DNA from: Promethearchaeia archaeon
GTDB taxonomy: Archaea; Asgardarchaeota; Lokiarchaeia; Sigyniarchaeales; SOKP01
Assembly: GCA_029856155.1 (NCBI GenBank)
Contig: JAHQWL010000074.1
Location: forward strand, 1 to 22,296
Direction: 5' to 3'
Length of the DNA: 22,296 bases
Under the pieces are notes generated by a model that was not told where the DNA came from, made no database searches, and saw nothing but the letters and a program-made list of their open reading frames with translations. This document shows, one piece after another, positions 7,216-16,721 of the stretch; within the stretch, counting starts at the first letter, position 1; each line of letters opens with the position of its first letter. The translations under genes and the position numbers were made by a program.

Positions 7216-9066
7216 TTATAAGAGATAGCTCCTCAATTGCTGAATTAATTTGTCAATTGTTTTATCAATCTTCTTCCTTCTTTTTATAAAATCATCTGAT
7301 AATTTTAAATATGCCGCTCTTGATGGTAATCTCCCTCTTTTATACCTAGATTCTAAAAGAGCTATACTGTCCGTAACACTTATTCTCTCGGCTTCCAAAA
7401 TATCTAATCTGTTTACAATAGTTCCAAAGATATCACTTGTTTCCACTAATACTTTCTTAAAAGGAGTTATTTCTTTTTGAATTTCATCAATTTTTGAAAC
7501 ATTTTTAGTTAAAATATTATTATACTTTTTTTTTGCTATCTTTTTTCTTTTAGCATCATCTTCTGCTAGTCTAATTTCTAAGGTTAAAGCATTTTTTTCT
7601 TCATATAAAGAACAGAACTCTCTAATTTCATTAACCGGTATATATTTTGTTGATAAAACTGTAGTATCGGCTTTCTTTCTTGTTTTAATTACTAATACAT
7701 ATATTGATGCAATCAGTGATATTATTAATATAAATGTAATAGGTCTCAATAATATATCGAATACATTAATAGTAAATGTAAATTGTACTATTTTTCTTTC
7801 CAAAGGGCAAACCGTTTCAGATTGGAATGAAAGAGTTGTAGCACCCTTAGACATTATAATAGCTGTAGGAGATTCGGTAATTGAATTGATACTACTGCAG
7901 GCCTCAATAATAACGTTGATATTCTGGTTTTTGCCAAGAAAGTCATAATTTGTTGTCAATAAATCAATTTGGATTGATTGCTCAAACCAATTTAAAGAAA
8001 CATGATTTTCAAATGGTAAGTTATACTCAACAGTAAATTCAAAATTTGTATTTGGTGTAAGAGATACTCGATTAAGATATAAGACAATTGTTACAGTCTT
8101 ATAATTATTTCCACCTTGATCATCTATTTTTGTACCTTGGATTTCACCTAAATCATCAAAAACACGAAGATTTGTTGCAGTTTTAGGAATTCTTAAAGTG
8201 AATATATTAATTGCTTTATATCCTAAGTTTACTAATGAGCACTTCTCTTGTACTTTAATAATCCCCCATGGAGAGATAAAAATTTCACGATTAACTTCTT
8301 CCATCTCTAATTTTGAATTATCATTATCAATGAAATGTATCAAGGCTTCCTTTTTTTCACCCAAATTTTCTAAAAATGGGGATATAAAATCAACCTCTAA
8401 TTCATCTTTAATCGAATCAAAATCATATGAAATACGATAAAGTGTAGGATTTACAAAACCCCATCCTCCATCTACTGTTGATACATCTACTTGTATAGGA
8501 AAATTGAAGTGCGCAGAAGCTTCACCTTCTATATTATATGGTACCAATGGATAAACTATTGGATAAAAAACTACGTGTTGATCATTTTCTAATAAGGTGT
8601 ATGAAATAATATTTTTATATGTATGTGTAAATTTAACACTCCTAATTTGATATGGTAACAAAGGAGAATCAAAATAAATTACTACCATCTGATTTCCATT
8701 CATTATCGTTGATGAAAAGTCCGATAGTAGAGTATTATCACTAATTCCTGTGGCTTTAAAAAAGATTAGATCTTCAGATAAATCTATAGGAATCCCAAAA
8801 AATATTGAAGTTATCGGGTGATTATTTAAATTTCTAAAGGTCATAGTATCTTCTATAAATAATAACCCATATGTAGTTATATTAGCGTTCCTATATAATT
8901 TTGTTATTATAATATTTTCTATTCCATCCAAGTCGGCAGAAGATTGTGGAATCTTGTTATTATTATAATCTGTTATATCTATTTCTGTATTATCAAACAC
9001 AAATGATAACGCAACAATAATTAACAGTAATCCCATTAAAATTAATAAAAAATCTTTTCTTTTCAA
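7216..9066 (-). CDS. Ribophorin I / OST1-like oligosaccharyltransferase subunit
   Basis: N-terminal signal anchor; two related beta-rich lumenal domains (RNANITTYGLLFIED and REIFISPWGIIKVQE, cf. RPN1 R.IEvShWG.i.veE); one TM helix (RPITFILIISLIASIYVLV); helical cytosolic tail. TTG start. Confidence 0.75.
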   Translation of the reverse strand: MKRKDFLLILMGLLLIIVALSFVFDNTEIDITDYNNNKIPQSSADLDGIENIIITKLYRNANITTYGLLFIEDTMTFRNLNNHPITSIFFGIPIDLSEDLIFFKATGISDNTLLSDFSSTIMNGNQMVVIYFDSPLLPYQIRSVKFTHTYKNIISYTLLENDQHVVFYPIVYPLVPYNIEGEASAHFNFPIQVDVSTVDGGWGFVNPTLYRISYDFDSIKDELEVDFISPFLENLGEKKEALIHFIDNDNSKLEMEEVNREIFISPWGIIKVQEKCSLVNLGYKAINIFTLRIPKTATNLRVFDDLGEIQGTKIDDQGGNNYKTVTIVLYLNRVSLTPNTNFEFTVEYNLPFENHVSLNWFEQSIQIDLLTTNYDFLGKNQNINVIIEACSSINSITESPTAIIMSKGATTLSFQSETVCPLERKIVQFTFTINVFDILLRPITFILIISLIASIYVLVIKTRKKADTTVLSTKYIPVNEIREFCSLYEEKNALTLEIRLAEDDAKRKKIAKKKYNNILTKNVSKIDEIQKEITPFKKVLVETSDIFGTIVNRLDILEAERISVTDSIALLESRYKRGRLPSRAAYLKLSDDFIKRRKKIDKTIDKLIQQLRSYLL

Positions 9067-9114
9067 TAAATAACAACATTTTGTGCTTTAAATTATCTAA
9101 AAATAATTAAAACA

Positions 9115-9167
9115 AGATATAAAAATTTTCCAATTTTTTTTTTTAATTTCAAGATAAAATTTTATAT
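9115..9167. promoter_or_regulatory. Back-to-back BRE-TATA boxes of the divergent RPN1-like and Sec61-beta genes
   Basis: Minus strand GGAAAATTTTTATATC at about 9131-9116; plus strand AAGATAAAATTTTATATG at about 9151-9168. Confidence 0.45.
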
Positions 9168-9224
9168 GGTTTTGGCAATTAATCTAAAACAAAGTTATTA
9201 CAAATTTTAGTGCTATTTTAAATT

Positions 9225-9446
9225 ATGTCATCTCGTGGGACTGAGTCAAGACGTAAAAAAAGAAGAAGTGGTAGTTCCCCAATGCCAATGGGGGGAGCAG
9301 GACTGATGAGATTTTTTCAAGATAGTTCAGTTGGGATTAAAATAGGACCTATAAGTACAGTTATATTATCAATAGCTCTGATACTGATTGTGATATTAGC
9401 ACACATAGGTGTGTTTAAGTGGTTATTCATACCTGGTGGGGGATAA
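9225..9446 (+). CDS. secG: Preprotein translocase subunit Sec61-beta
   Basis: Basic N-terminus, GAGLMRFFQD, GIKIGP followed by a C-terminal TM helix ending LAH. Confidence 0.9.
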   Translation: MSSRGTESRRKKRRSGSSPMPMGGAGLMRFFQDSSVGIKIGPISTVILSIALILIVILAHIGVFKWLFIPGGG

Positions 9447-9480
9447 TTTATAATGAATAACTATTTATTGTTGATAATGA

Positions 9481-9774
9481 ATGAAAATTTCAGAATTTCA
9501 GAATTTAATTAAAGATCTTTATTTTAAGGCAGATCAACATAGAGGGATTGACGCTACTTTTATTTGGTTGATTGAAGAAATTGGTGAATTTGCTCCTATT
9601 TTAAGAAGTAAAGAAATTAACACTAATGATGCCTCAGAAGAATTATCAGATATTATTGCTTGGACAAATTCTATAGCAAATTTGCTAGAAATCGATCTTG
9701 AGTCTGCAATTTCAAAAAAATATCCTGGTGTATGTGTTAAGTGTAAATCAAATCCTTGCATTTGTGGGAATTAG
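9481..9774 (+). CDS. MazG-like nucleotide pyrophosphohydrolase with C-terminal CxxC...CxC
   Basis: WLIEEIGE and EELSDIIAW motifs, KKYPGVCVKCKSNPCIC. Confidence 0.85.
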   Translation: MKISEFQNLIKDLYFKADQHRGIDATFIWLIEEIGEFAPILRSKEINTNDASEELSDIIAWTNSIANLLEIDLESAISKKYPGVCVKCKSNPCICGN

Positions 9775-9890
9775 GTTTTTTTTCACTCAGACCTTAAAGA
9801 TTATTGATAATTTCGGATCTCATAACGTGTCAAATTTATAAATAAAAATAATATCATTTACAAAAAAAATAAAACTTTGTTATCATTTTT

Positions 9891-11009
9891 GTGTTTACAA
9901 TGAGTCTTTCTGGAAAGAGAATTTGGATTGATGTTGAACAACCCAAAACTGCAGTAATGTTTAATTCTCTCTTAAAAATGTTTGAAAATGAAGAAGCAGA
10001 GATATTAACTACTGCTCGAGATTATGATTCAACTTATCAAATTCTAGATGATTCTGAAATAAGTTATAAAAAGATTGGAAAGCATGGTGGTGAAAAATTA
10101 GAAAATAAGTTAGAAACATATATAGATCGTTTGAAGACTCTTTTTCCAATAATAAAAAAATTTTCTCCTGATTATTTTGTAACTTTTTTATCTGTGGAAG
10201 GGACGAGAATCGCATATGGATTAAAAATTCCCTCTATAGGGATGAATGACGAACCTCGAAATGAACCTGTATGCAAATTAATCCATCCATTTATAGAAAA
10301 TATAATTACTCCAGAATGTATACCGAAAGAATTATATATAAAACTCTATGCTAATCCTGATAAAATCATAAGGTATAATGGACTTGATGAAATTGCTTGG
10401 ATTTCGGAATTTACTCCTAATCCAGATATTCCTAAAAATTTTGATCTGGAAAAAGGAAAATATGTGATAATAAGAACTGAACCATCATATGCTTCATATC
10501 TCATTCATAAAATTAAACCCGAAGTAACTCAGATTAAAAATTTCTTTCCTCCAATTTTCAAAGAATTTCCAAATTATAAATATTTTCTTCTAGTTCGTTC
10601 AAAAAAACAAGAACTCTTTCTCTCAAAAGGACTTAAGAATCTTAGTAAAGAAAATAATGTTATCATAACTCAGTATTTGCCAAATATTGTGCATTTATGT
10701 TTCTATGGGGCATTAGTAATTAGCGGAGGAGGAACAATTGTGAGAGAATCAAGTTTATTAAATGTGCCTAGTATAGAATTTTTCCCCGGAGAATCAGCAC
10801 CCCAGGACAAGTTTTTAATAAAAAATGGGTTTCCTTTAGAACACTTACAAGATTCAAATCAAATTATTGAAAGAACAATAGATATCCTTAATCATGGTCC
10901 TACTGAAGGTAGATTTAAGAAAAATTCATTTAAAGAAAAAATTAACCAATTTGAAAATCCCAATGAAATTTGCTTTAACCACGTTAAAAGTAAACTAGAA
11001 GCGAAATAA
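9891..11009 (+). CDS. DUF354-family GT-B-fold protein (putative glycosyltransferase)
   Basis: IWID...PK, TARDY, IGKHGG, YNGLDE, IRTEP..ASY and SGGGTIVRESSLLNVPSI motifs. The start may be ATG 9900. Confidence 0.8.
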   Translation: MFTMSLSGKRIWIDVEQPKTAVMFNSLLKMFENEEAEILTTARDYDSTYQILDDSEISYKKIGKHGGEKLENKLETYIDRLKTLFPIIKKFSPDYFVTFLSVEGTRIAYGLKIPSIGMNDEPRNEPVCKLIHPFIENIITPECIPKELYIKLYANPDKIIRYNGLDEIAWISEFTPNPDIPKNFDLEKGKYVIIRTEPSYASYLIHKIKPEVTQIKNFFPPIFKEFPNYKYFLLVRSKKQELFLSKGLKNLSKENNVIITQYLPNIVHLCFYGALVISGGGTIVRESSLLNVPSIEFFPGESAPQDKFLIKNGFPLEHLQDSNQIIERTIDILNHGPTEGRFKKNSFKEKINQFENPNEICFNHVKSKLEAK

Positions 11010-11027
11010 TTAATTACTTGATAATAT

Positions 11028-12140
11028 TTATTTATTGTAAATAAATTTTTGATAAAGAACTTCAAGTTTTTTACCAACTTCATCCCAAGAATATCTTTTT
11101 ATAAATTTCTGTGCTTTTTTAACTAATAATTGCCTTTTAGAGTCATCTTTCAATAAATTAACTATTTCTTTTGCTAATTCTTTAGGATTTCTAGGAGGCA
11201 CTAAAACAGCATGATCTTTTAAAACTTCTCTATAAGCTACTAATGATGAACAAATAACAGGTGTTCCACAAGCAATTGCTTCGATTGGTGTTAAACCAAA
11301 ACCTTCTGAAGCATAAGAATACGTTACAAATATGTCGCCCATTGAAAAATATGCGGGAATTTCTTTTTCAGCAATAAAACCAACAAAGTAAATATCCTTG
11401 AATTTCTGTTTCCATTCTTGGTATATTTTTTCCATGTAAAAATCAGGTTTACCTCCCATAACTAAATTGAGTTCAGGGATCTCTCTCTTTGCTATTTTAT
11501 AAGCTTTAATAATATCACTTACACCTTTATATTTAGCTATACGTCCAATATATAGAAGAACTGGACCTTTAATATTTAATTTTTCTTTTAATTTTTGAGC
11601 TTCTTTAGGAAGAGGTTTATATTTTTCTTCAATCGCAGAATAAAGATTGAAAATTTTATTAATGTCAATGGTAGGTATGTAATATTTGATTTCCTTTCTA
11701 ATAAATTCAGAACATGTTGTAATATAAGTAGATTTATTAACTACGTATTTAATCAAGAATTTTTCTATTGGAATTCTTGTAAAGCTTGTCTCAAATGGAC
11801 CTAAATCATGAATTGTAGATATGAATTGTTTCTGATTAGTTAATATTATAGGAAAAGCTCCTTTAGGACTATTTCCATGAATTATATCAAATTCATTTTT
11901 TTTTAGATAATTTATAGTGTGTAAATTAAATTGTGGAAACCAAAAAAATCGTCTTCTAACTATATTGATTTGTAGTATATTTGGATCTGAAAGTTCTTTA
12001 TTCCATTTCCCCGTAATTACTTTAACATTATGACCTTGATTTTTTAAATAGTTATAAATCCCGGTAAAAAATTTAGCTGCTCCGTCTTGAGTATCAGGAG
12101 CAATAGTTAAAGAAACAAGACAAATATTTAATTTGTTCAT
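11028..12140 (-). CDS. Glycosyltransferase family 4
   Basis: STIHD, YIGRIAKYKG, EGFGLTPIEAIACGTPVI and YSWD motifs. Confidence 0.9.
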   Translation of the reverse strand: MNKLNICLVSLTIAPDTQDGAAKFFTGIYNYLKNQGHNVKVITGKWNKELSDPNILQINIVRRRFFWFPQFNLHTINYLKKNEFDIIHGNSPKGAFPIILTNQKQFISTIHDLGPFETSFTRIPIEKFLIKYVVNKSTYITTCSEFIRKEIKYYIPTIDINKIFNLYSAIEEKYKPLPKEAQKLKEKLNIKGPVLLYIGRIAKYKGVSDIIKAYKIAKREIPELNLVMGGKPDFYMEKIYQEWKQKFKDIYFVGFIAEKEIPAYFSMGDIFVTYSYASEGFGLTPIEAIACGTPVICSSLVAYREVLKDHAVLVPPRNPKELAKEIVNLLKDDSKRQLLVKKAQKFIKRYSWDEVGKKLEVLYQKFIYNK

Positions 12141-12181
12141 ATTAAATTAGTAAATTCTTATGATCAATACTTTTGAGCATT

Positions 12182-13159
12182 TTATGTTAATTGTTCAAAC
12201 CCATCTTCAGTTATTAGGATAGTTTCCTCTATTTGGGCTATATTAATACCTTTTTTTTCAGCTAATACATAATGTACTTGTAATTTCCCTTGCTGTATTA
12301 ACTCTTGAAGTCCAAAACCTACCCCCAATCTAAATTCTTCTGCTAACCATCTCTCTGCAAATGGTAGAGTGTTATAATTTTTATTTATAAAGCCAAGAAG
12401 TTGTTTTGATGTTTTTCTACGTAATGGTACTCTACCAGCATAAGGATTAAGTTCATAGATATATGAATACTGGGTGTTATGAACTGATCCTTCACCAGTA
12501 CTAGCGAATATTTCAATAGCAAAAACCTCGCCAACTTCCATTACATCACCACCTTGAGATCCTAATTCAGGTAATTGCTTTTCACCATGAACAGTCCATC
12601 TTTCAATTTGATGACCTCCAAGTTCTCTAATTGGATTATATTTAAATCCTTTGATAATTTCTTCAATTTTTTTACCAATGTCTCGAGTATTAGTTTTTGG
12701 TTTAGCTATCATCTTCGCAGCCCCAAGTGCAACCTCAGTCGCCTGTATAATATTTTGAAGGGATTCTTCTTCACTAAGATTCACAGAAAAGGCTGTATCC
12801 ACGAGATATCCGTCTATATGGACACCTAAATCAATCTTAACTAAATCTCCTTCGTTTATTTCTAAACCATCATCTTTTATAGGAGAAGTGTAATGCGCTG
12901 CAATATTATTTATACAAATATTTGCGGGAAAAGCACAGAAACCTTCCAATTCCCCAATTTTTGCTTCAATTTCAGATATTAAATCAAATACTTTTACTCC
13001 TACTTTAATTTTTGGTTTAATATACTTTTTTACTTCTTGAGCAATTTTTCCGGCTTTTCGAAGCGATTCAATTTTAAATTTTTCTTCTTTTTCTTTATCC
13101 AACTCTTCCTTACTTTTTTCTTCTGGAGTTTTACTTTTTAAATTTTCATTCTCAGTCAT
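12182..13159 (-). CDS. map: Methionine aminopeptidase type II
   Basis: AFPANICINNIAAHYT, KIDLGVHIDGYLVDTA, GGHQI, FAIEIFAST, type II insert (TLPFAERWL). Confidence 0.95.
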   Translation of the reverse strand: MTENENLKSKTPEEKSKEELDKEKEEKFKIESLRKAGKIAQEVKKYIKPKIKVGVKVFDLISEIEAKIGELEGFCAFPANICINNIAAHYTSPIKDDGLEINEGDLVKIDLGVHIDGYLVDTAFSVNLSEEESLQNIIQATEVALGAAKMIAKPKTNTRDIGKKIEEIIKGFKYNPIRELGGHQIERWTVHGEKQLPELGSQGGDVMEVGEVFAIEIFASTGEGSVHNTQYSYIYELNPYAGRVPLRRKTSKQLLGFINKNYNTLPFAERWLAEEFRLGVGFGLQELIQQGKLQVHYVLAEKKGINIAQIEETILITEDGFEQLT

Positions 13160-13204
13160 TGTAATTACTAATGTGGGTTTTGATAAAAATATTTTTTAAA
13201 TAAG

Positions 13205-13230
13205 TATTTACTTTATTAATAAAGTTAATA
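13205..13230. repeat. Inverted repeat in divergent promoter region (perfect 16-bp core ACTTTATTAATAAAGT)
   Basis: 13210-13225 is self-complementary and extends to 26 bp with one mismatched pair. Confidence 0.45.
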
Positions 13231-13324
13231 TTAAAATTAGATTAAAATTAAAAATAAAAATAATATTATTATATTATTATCTTATTAGATCAATAACCTA
13301 CTATTTGTTCAAGTTGATAAATCT

Positions 13325-13696
13325 TTGAGCGAAAACATCAGTGAACTCATCGACCTTTTGAGGCGAATGGAAGCGGTCAACTCCGATATTCAGGGCAGCG
13401 CTATTGTTAGTGTACAGGGTTTACCCATCTGTTCTGTTCTTGCTAGAGATGTTAATGATGGAATCGTAAGTGCAATGAGTGCTGCTATATTAAGTGTTTC
13501 AGAACGTGCGGTAGAAGAACTTGCTCGAGGAGATCTAAAGAGAATTCTTATAGAAGGCGTTGATGGGATAATAATTTTATCCAAAGCGGGGGAAAACGCT
13601 ATTTTATGCACTCTTGCAAAAAGTGATGCTTCCTTAGGAATGGTTTTTCTAAATATCCAAAGTGTTTCAAAAAAAATTGCTGAATTATTAGATTAG
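13325..13696 (+). CDS. Roadblock/LC7 (MglB-like) domain protein
   Basis: IQGSAIVSVQGLPI, VSAMSAAILSVSERAVEEL..G, AKSDASLGMVF. TTG start. Confidence 0.9.
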   Translation: MSENISELIDLLRRMEAVNSDIQGSAIVSVQGLPICSVLARDVNDGIVSAMSAAILSVSERAVEELARGDLKRILIEGVDGIIILSKAGENAILCTLAKSDASLGMVFLNIQSVSKKIAELLD

Positions 13697-13769
13697 TCTA
13701 ATCTGATATTACTTTCGATAAGAAAGCAATAGTTTTATTTTCTTTTAATTCTTCTATCAAATTAGTTTT

Positions 13770-15230
13770 ATGATGCCATCAAACCAGCTTTTTAAACAGC
13801 TGAAATCGAAATTTTTGAGTATAGAAAATCAAAAATTGCTTGAAAAAACATACTATAAAGAGCTTTCAATATGTCTTAAATCTGGACAATTTGAGAGTTT
13901 TAGATTACTATTCAATGCATCTATTGAATTTAATATTTTTATGGACATAAAAAAAATTCCTAACCGCTTTAATATTATTTCAAAATTACTATTGAACTGT
14001 ACCGATAAAATATCAACCGGATATCAAACTTCAGCATTAGGAGAGATTGTTGACATTTTAAGATTCTGTAATGAACACAATCTATTAGAGAAAGAACTAA
14101 CTGAATTAGAAAGACAAGAACTAAAACTTCTCAAGGAAGACAAGTTATTCATTGCAAATTTGAATGACTTGTTTGGTAACATATCGAATTCATTTATATT
14201 ATATGTTTATATGATAATGCCTAGAGATCTTTACAATTATTTTATTAAAAGTCCAATTTCTTACTTTCCTGATCATGATGGATTAATGCACTTCATTAAA
14301 AACATTTTTTTTAACCAATATACCATTTATGGCCTCAACATTAGATATTTAAGTCCTATAGATAACTTTATTAATGTTTTTAAAAAGAATTTTCTATTTA
14401 ATAATGATCCATTCGAAGAACAAAGGAACCAATTCCCTACTAAAGCTAAAGACTTCCTTGAATTTGATGTTATTTATAAATATCGGACATATTATTATGA
14501 TACAGAAGAAGAACATGAGCACCGTGAAATTAAAAAACACCTTGTCTCTCCTAGTAATATTTCAAAAAATTTAGAAAAAATTTTAGACAAGGATAATTAT
14601 AATTTTTATAGTTTATCAATGGTACTTCTTGGAGGTTTGGGACCACAAGGTTTAGGTTTTACATATTCTACACCTAAAGGGGAAGTTATTGAAATCTGTT
14701 CAGATAATAGGCAGAATAAGGCTATTATAATTAAATTTAAAGAATTTTTAAAGAAAAAGTTCATCGAAAAGTTGCAAACCGAGTTATTAAAGTTTTCCAT
14801 TAAAGGAAATACAATTGACAGATTAATTGATTTCCTTGTAGAGAGTTTGAATAAAGAAGAGCTTATTAACTATCATAAAAAAGAAGTAATAATAAAAAAA
14901 GTGAAAAATTTTTTAGTAGATGATATTGATCATCAACTTATTTTTAAGAATGAATTTCATGAATTAATAGATAAAATATCAGATGCAATTTCAGCAATTT
15001 TACGCCCAATAAAAATGATTGATCAATATAAAGCTCGAATGAATTTAATTGTTGAGGGAAAATTAAAATCAGAAGACATAGCAAAATTAACAAGTTTAAA
15101 AGAGAAATCTCATTATGATGTTCTACGTGAACGATTTTTCTTTCAATATATAGTTAATTGGTTTTATGAGATCTATCGTAGTAAAGGAATTAAGAATAGA
15201 GCAAAAAATAATATGGAATTGGGAATTTAA
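13770..15230 (+). CDS. Hypothetical soluble protein with Gly-rich motif LGGLGPQGLGFTYSTPKGE
   Basis: 486-aa ORF co-oriented with the roadblock gene; no family recognised. Confidence 0.7.
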   Translation: MMPSNQLFKQLKSKFLSIENQKLLEKTYYKELSICLKSGQFESFRLLFNASIEFNIFMDIKKIPNRFNIISKLLLNCTDKISTGYQTSALGEIVDILRFCNEHNLLEKELTELERQELKLLKEDKLFIANLNDLFGNISNSFILYVYMIMPRDLYNYFIKSPISYFPDHDGLMHFIKNIFFNQYTIYGLNIRYLSPIDNFINVFKKNFLFNNDPFEEQRNQFPTKAKDFLEFDVIYKYRTYYYDTEEEHEHREIKKHLVSPSNISKNLEKILDKDNYNFYSLSMVLLGGLGPQGLGFTYSTPKGEVIEICSDNRQNKAIIIKFKEFLKKKFIEKLQTELLKFSIKGNTIDRLIDFLVESLNKEELINYHKKEVIIKKVKNFLVDDIDHQLIFKNEFHELIDKISDAISAILRPIKMIDQYKARMNLIVEGKLKSEDIAKLTSLKEKSHYDVLRERFFFQYIVNWFYEIYRSKGIKNRAKNNMELGI

Positions 15231-15242
15231 CTAAATTACATT

Positions 15243-16721
15243 CTATTTTCTAATTTCTTGAATTTGATCAAAAATGTTATCGAAGCGTTCCCTTATTGAA
15301 CCATATAAACCTTCTTCTTCTGAAACAACTGAATTAATTGCTGTTTTTAATCCGTAATGACTCTCTGATATTAAGATCCTAATTGGTAAAGTAAGGATAT
15401 CATTAATGATCATTAAAAATTCTTGAATAATGCTAATGATTTGAGGTACTTTCTCACGAGTTTTATCAATAGTAGAACTATCTGATGAAATCAAGCCATT
15501 TTCACGTTCTACTTTTAATTCTTCCCAAACATTTTCTTTTAATTCAGAGAAATCAATTCCAAAATTTTCTAAAGCGATTTGAGCCCCCTCAAAAAGTAAA
15601 TTTACTGTATCTTTACCAGTAAAGAGTTTTACATTTTCTACCATTTCTGGAGGCGCTAATTTATCTAGAAAATTCACAAGTAAGTTATTATAGTCTCGTA
15701 TTACATCAAGAGGAATGAATAATAATGTCATTTCTTTAAATTGTTTATATAGATACCCAAAAACTTTCGCAAACCATTCATTTTTAAGTAACTTTTCCAA
15801 AAATCCTCCATATTCATTTAAAATATGGGTTCCAAGGTATCCTATTATGCGAATCATATCATCTTCATAATTTCTAAAGTAATCAAAAAAATGTTCTGGT
15901 TCCATATTCATTTTATCTCTGATAATATTAGAAACTCTCTCTTTTATTGTTTCCAAAGGCTCATCAAGGTATTCCTCTAATTTATCAATTGAAATGACAT
16001 CTTGGAGTTTGTCGATGATATCAAGTTTGGTTTCTTGAACAATCTCTTCCTCTTCTAAACTTTCTTCAAAATAAATCCCTGTTGAGATTCTCTCTTCAGT
16101 TCTAGAAGACATCAGTTCTTTCCATTCTTTATAATCATGAATTTTACAAATAAATTGAAGACATTCACCACCTCTAGCTATACATCTTTGTTCAACTATT
16201 TCGATTCTATAATCGTTTCTTTTTACTTTTAAAATAAAGTTAGCTACACTTTCTAACATTCCACATAGACCACAAGCTAAACCTTCTGATTTTTCATCTT
16301 TTACTTTATTAAAATCAAAAGAATCTTCCTTATCTTGACCATATCCAGCACAAATTGGACAATTTTTAATCTTTAAAATATAATCATTGTATTTTGATTC
16401 CTCCTTAGGAATTTCTTCATAAGTAAAATCTTCTAATTCTCTTCCAAAAACAACAACCCATAGAATTTCAAAATAATCTAAAACTTTTTTGGGGTTTCCA
16501 GGCATAAATTTAAATATACTTGAATGGCGTTCACATGATTCATAAGCTGATCTTTTTCCGATTTCTCTGAGGATAATAAGGCTCTCTTCTTCATTTTTAG
16601 TAATGTCATTAACCTCTTTAAGTATTTCTCGATATAGAAGTGTATAAAATAACGCATTAGTAGATCGTCCAAATACTTTAGTTATTTTTTTCATTAACCA
16701 CTGGAATGCGCCCAGGATCAT
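15243..16721 (-). CDS. Bet3/TRAPP-V4R-fold protein with about 290-aa helical C-terminal extension
   Basis: LFYTLLYREI, LREIGKR and LWVVVFGR resemble Bet3/Trs33. CPIC, CGLCGMLE and EQRCIARGGEC are V4R-type Cys ligands. Confidence 0.7.
   Translation of the reverse strand: MILGAFQWLMKKITKVFGRSTNALFYTLLYREILKEVNDITKNEEESLIILREIGKRSAYESCERHSSIFKFMPGNPKKVLDYFEILWVVVFGRELEDFTYEEIPKEESKYNDYILKIKNCPICAGYGQDKEDSFDFNKVKDEKSEGLACGLCGMLESVANFILKVKRNDYRIEIVEQRCIARGGECLQFICKIHDYKEWKELMSSRTEERISTGIYFEESLEEEEIVQETKLDIIDKLQDVISIDKLEEYLDEPLETIKERVSNIIRDKMNMEPEHFFDYFRNYEDDMIRIIGYLGTHILNEYGGFLEKLLKNEWFAKVFGYLYKQFKEMTLLFIPLDVIRDYNNLLVNFLDKLAPPEMVENVKLFTGKDTVNLLFEGAQIALENFGIDFSELKENVWEELKVERENGLISSDSSTIDKTREKVPQIISIIQEFLMIINDILTLPIRILISESHYGLKTAINSVVSEEEGLYGSIRERFDNIFDQIQEIRK

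Noticed and set aside
6626-8440. ORFs 6626..6811, 7250..7480 and 8198..8440 (+)
   Set aside because: Antisense shadows of the trm112 and RPN1-like genes.
9534-12829. ORFs 9534..9761, 10009..10215, 10892..11083, 11595..11804 and 12575..12829
   Set aside because: Short ORFs overlapping well-supported genes (MazG-like, DUF354, GT4, map) with no independent signal.
13390-16672. ORFs 13390..13611, 14374..14574, 14606..14800 and 16478..16672
   Set aside because: Antisense or alternate-frame ORFs nested in longer genes.
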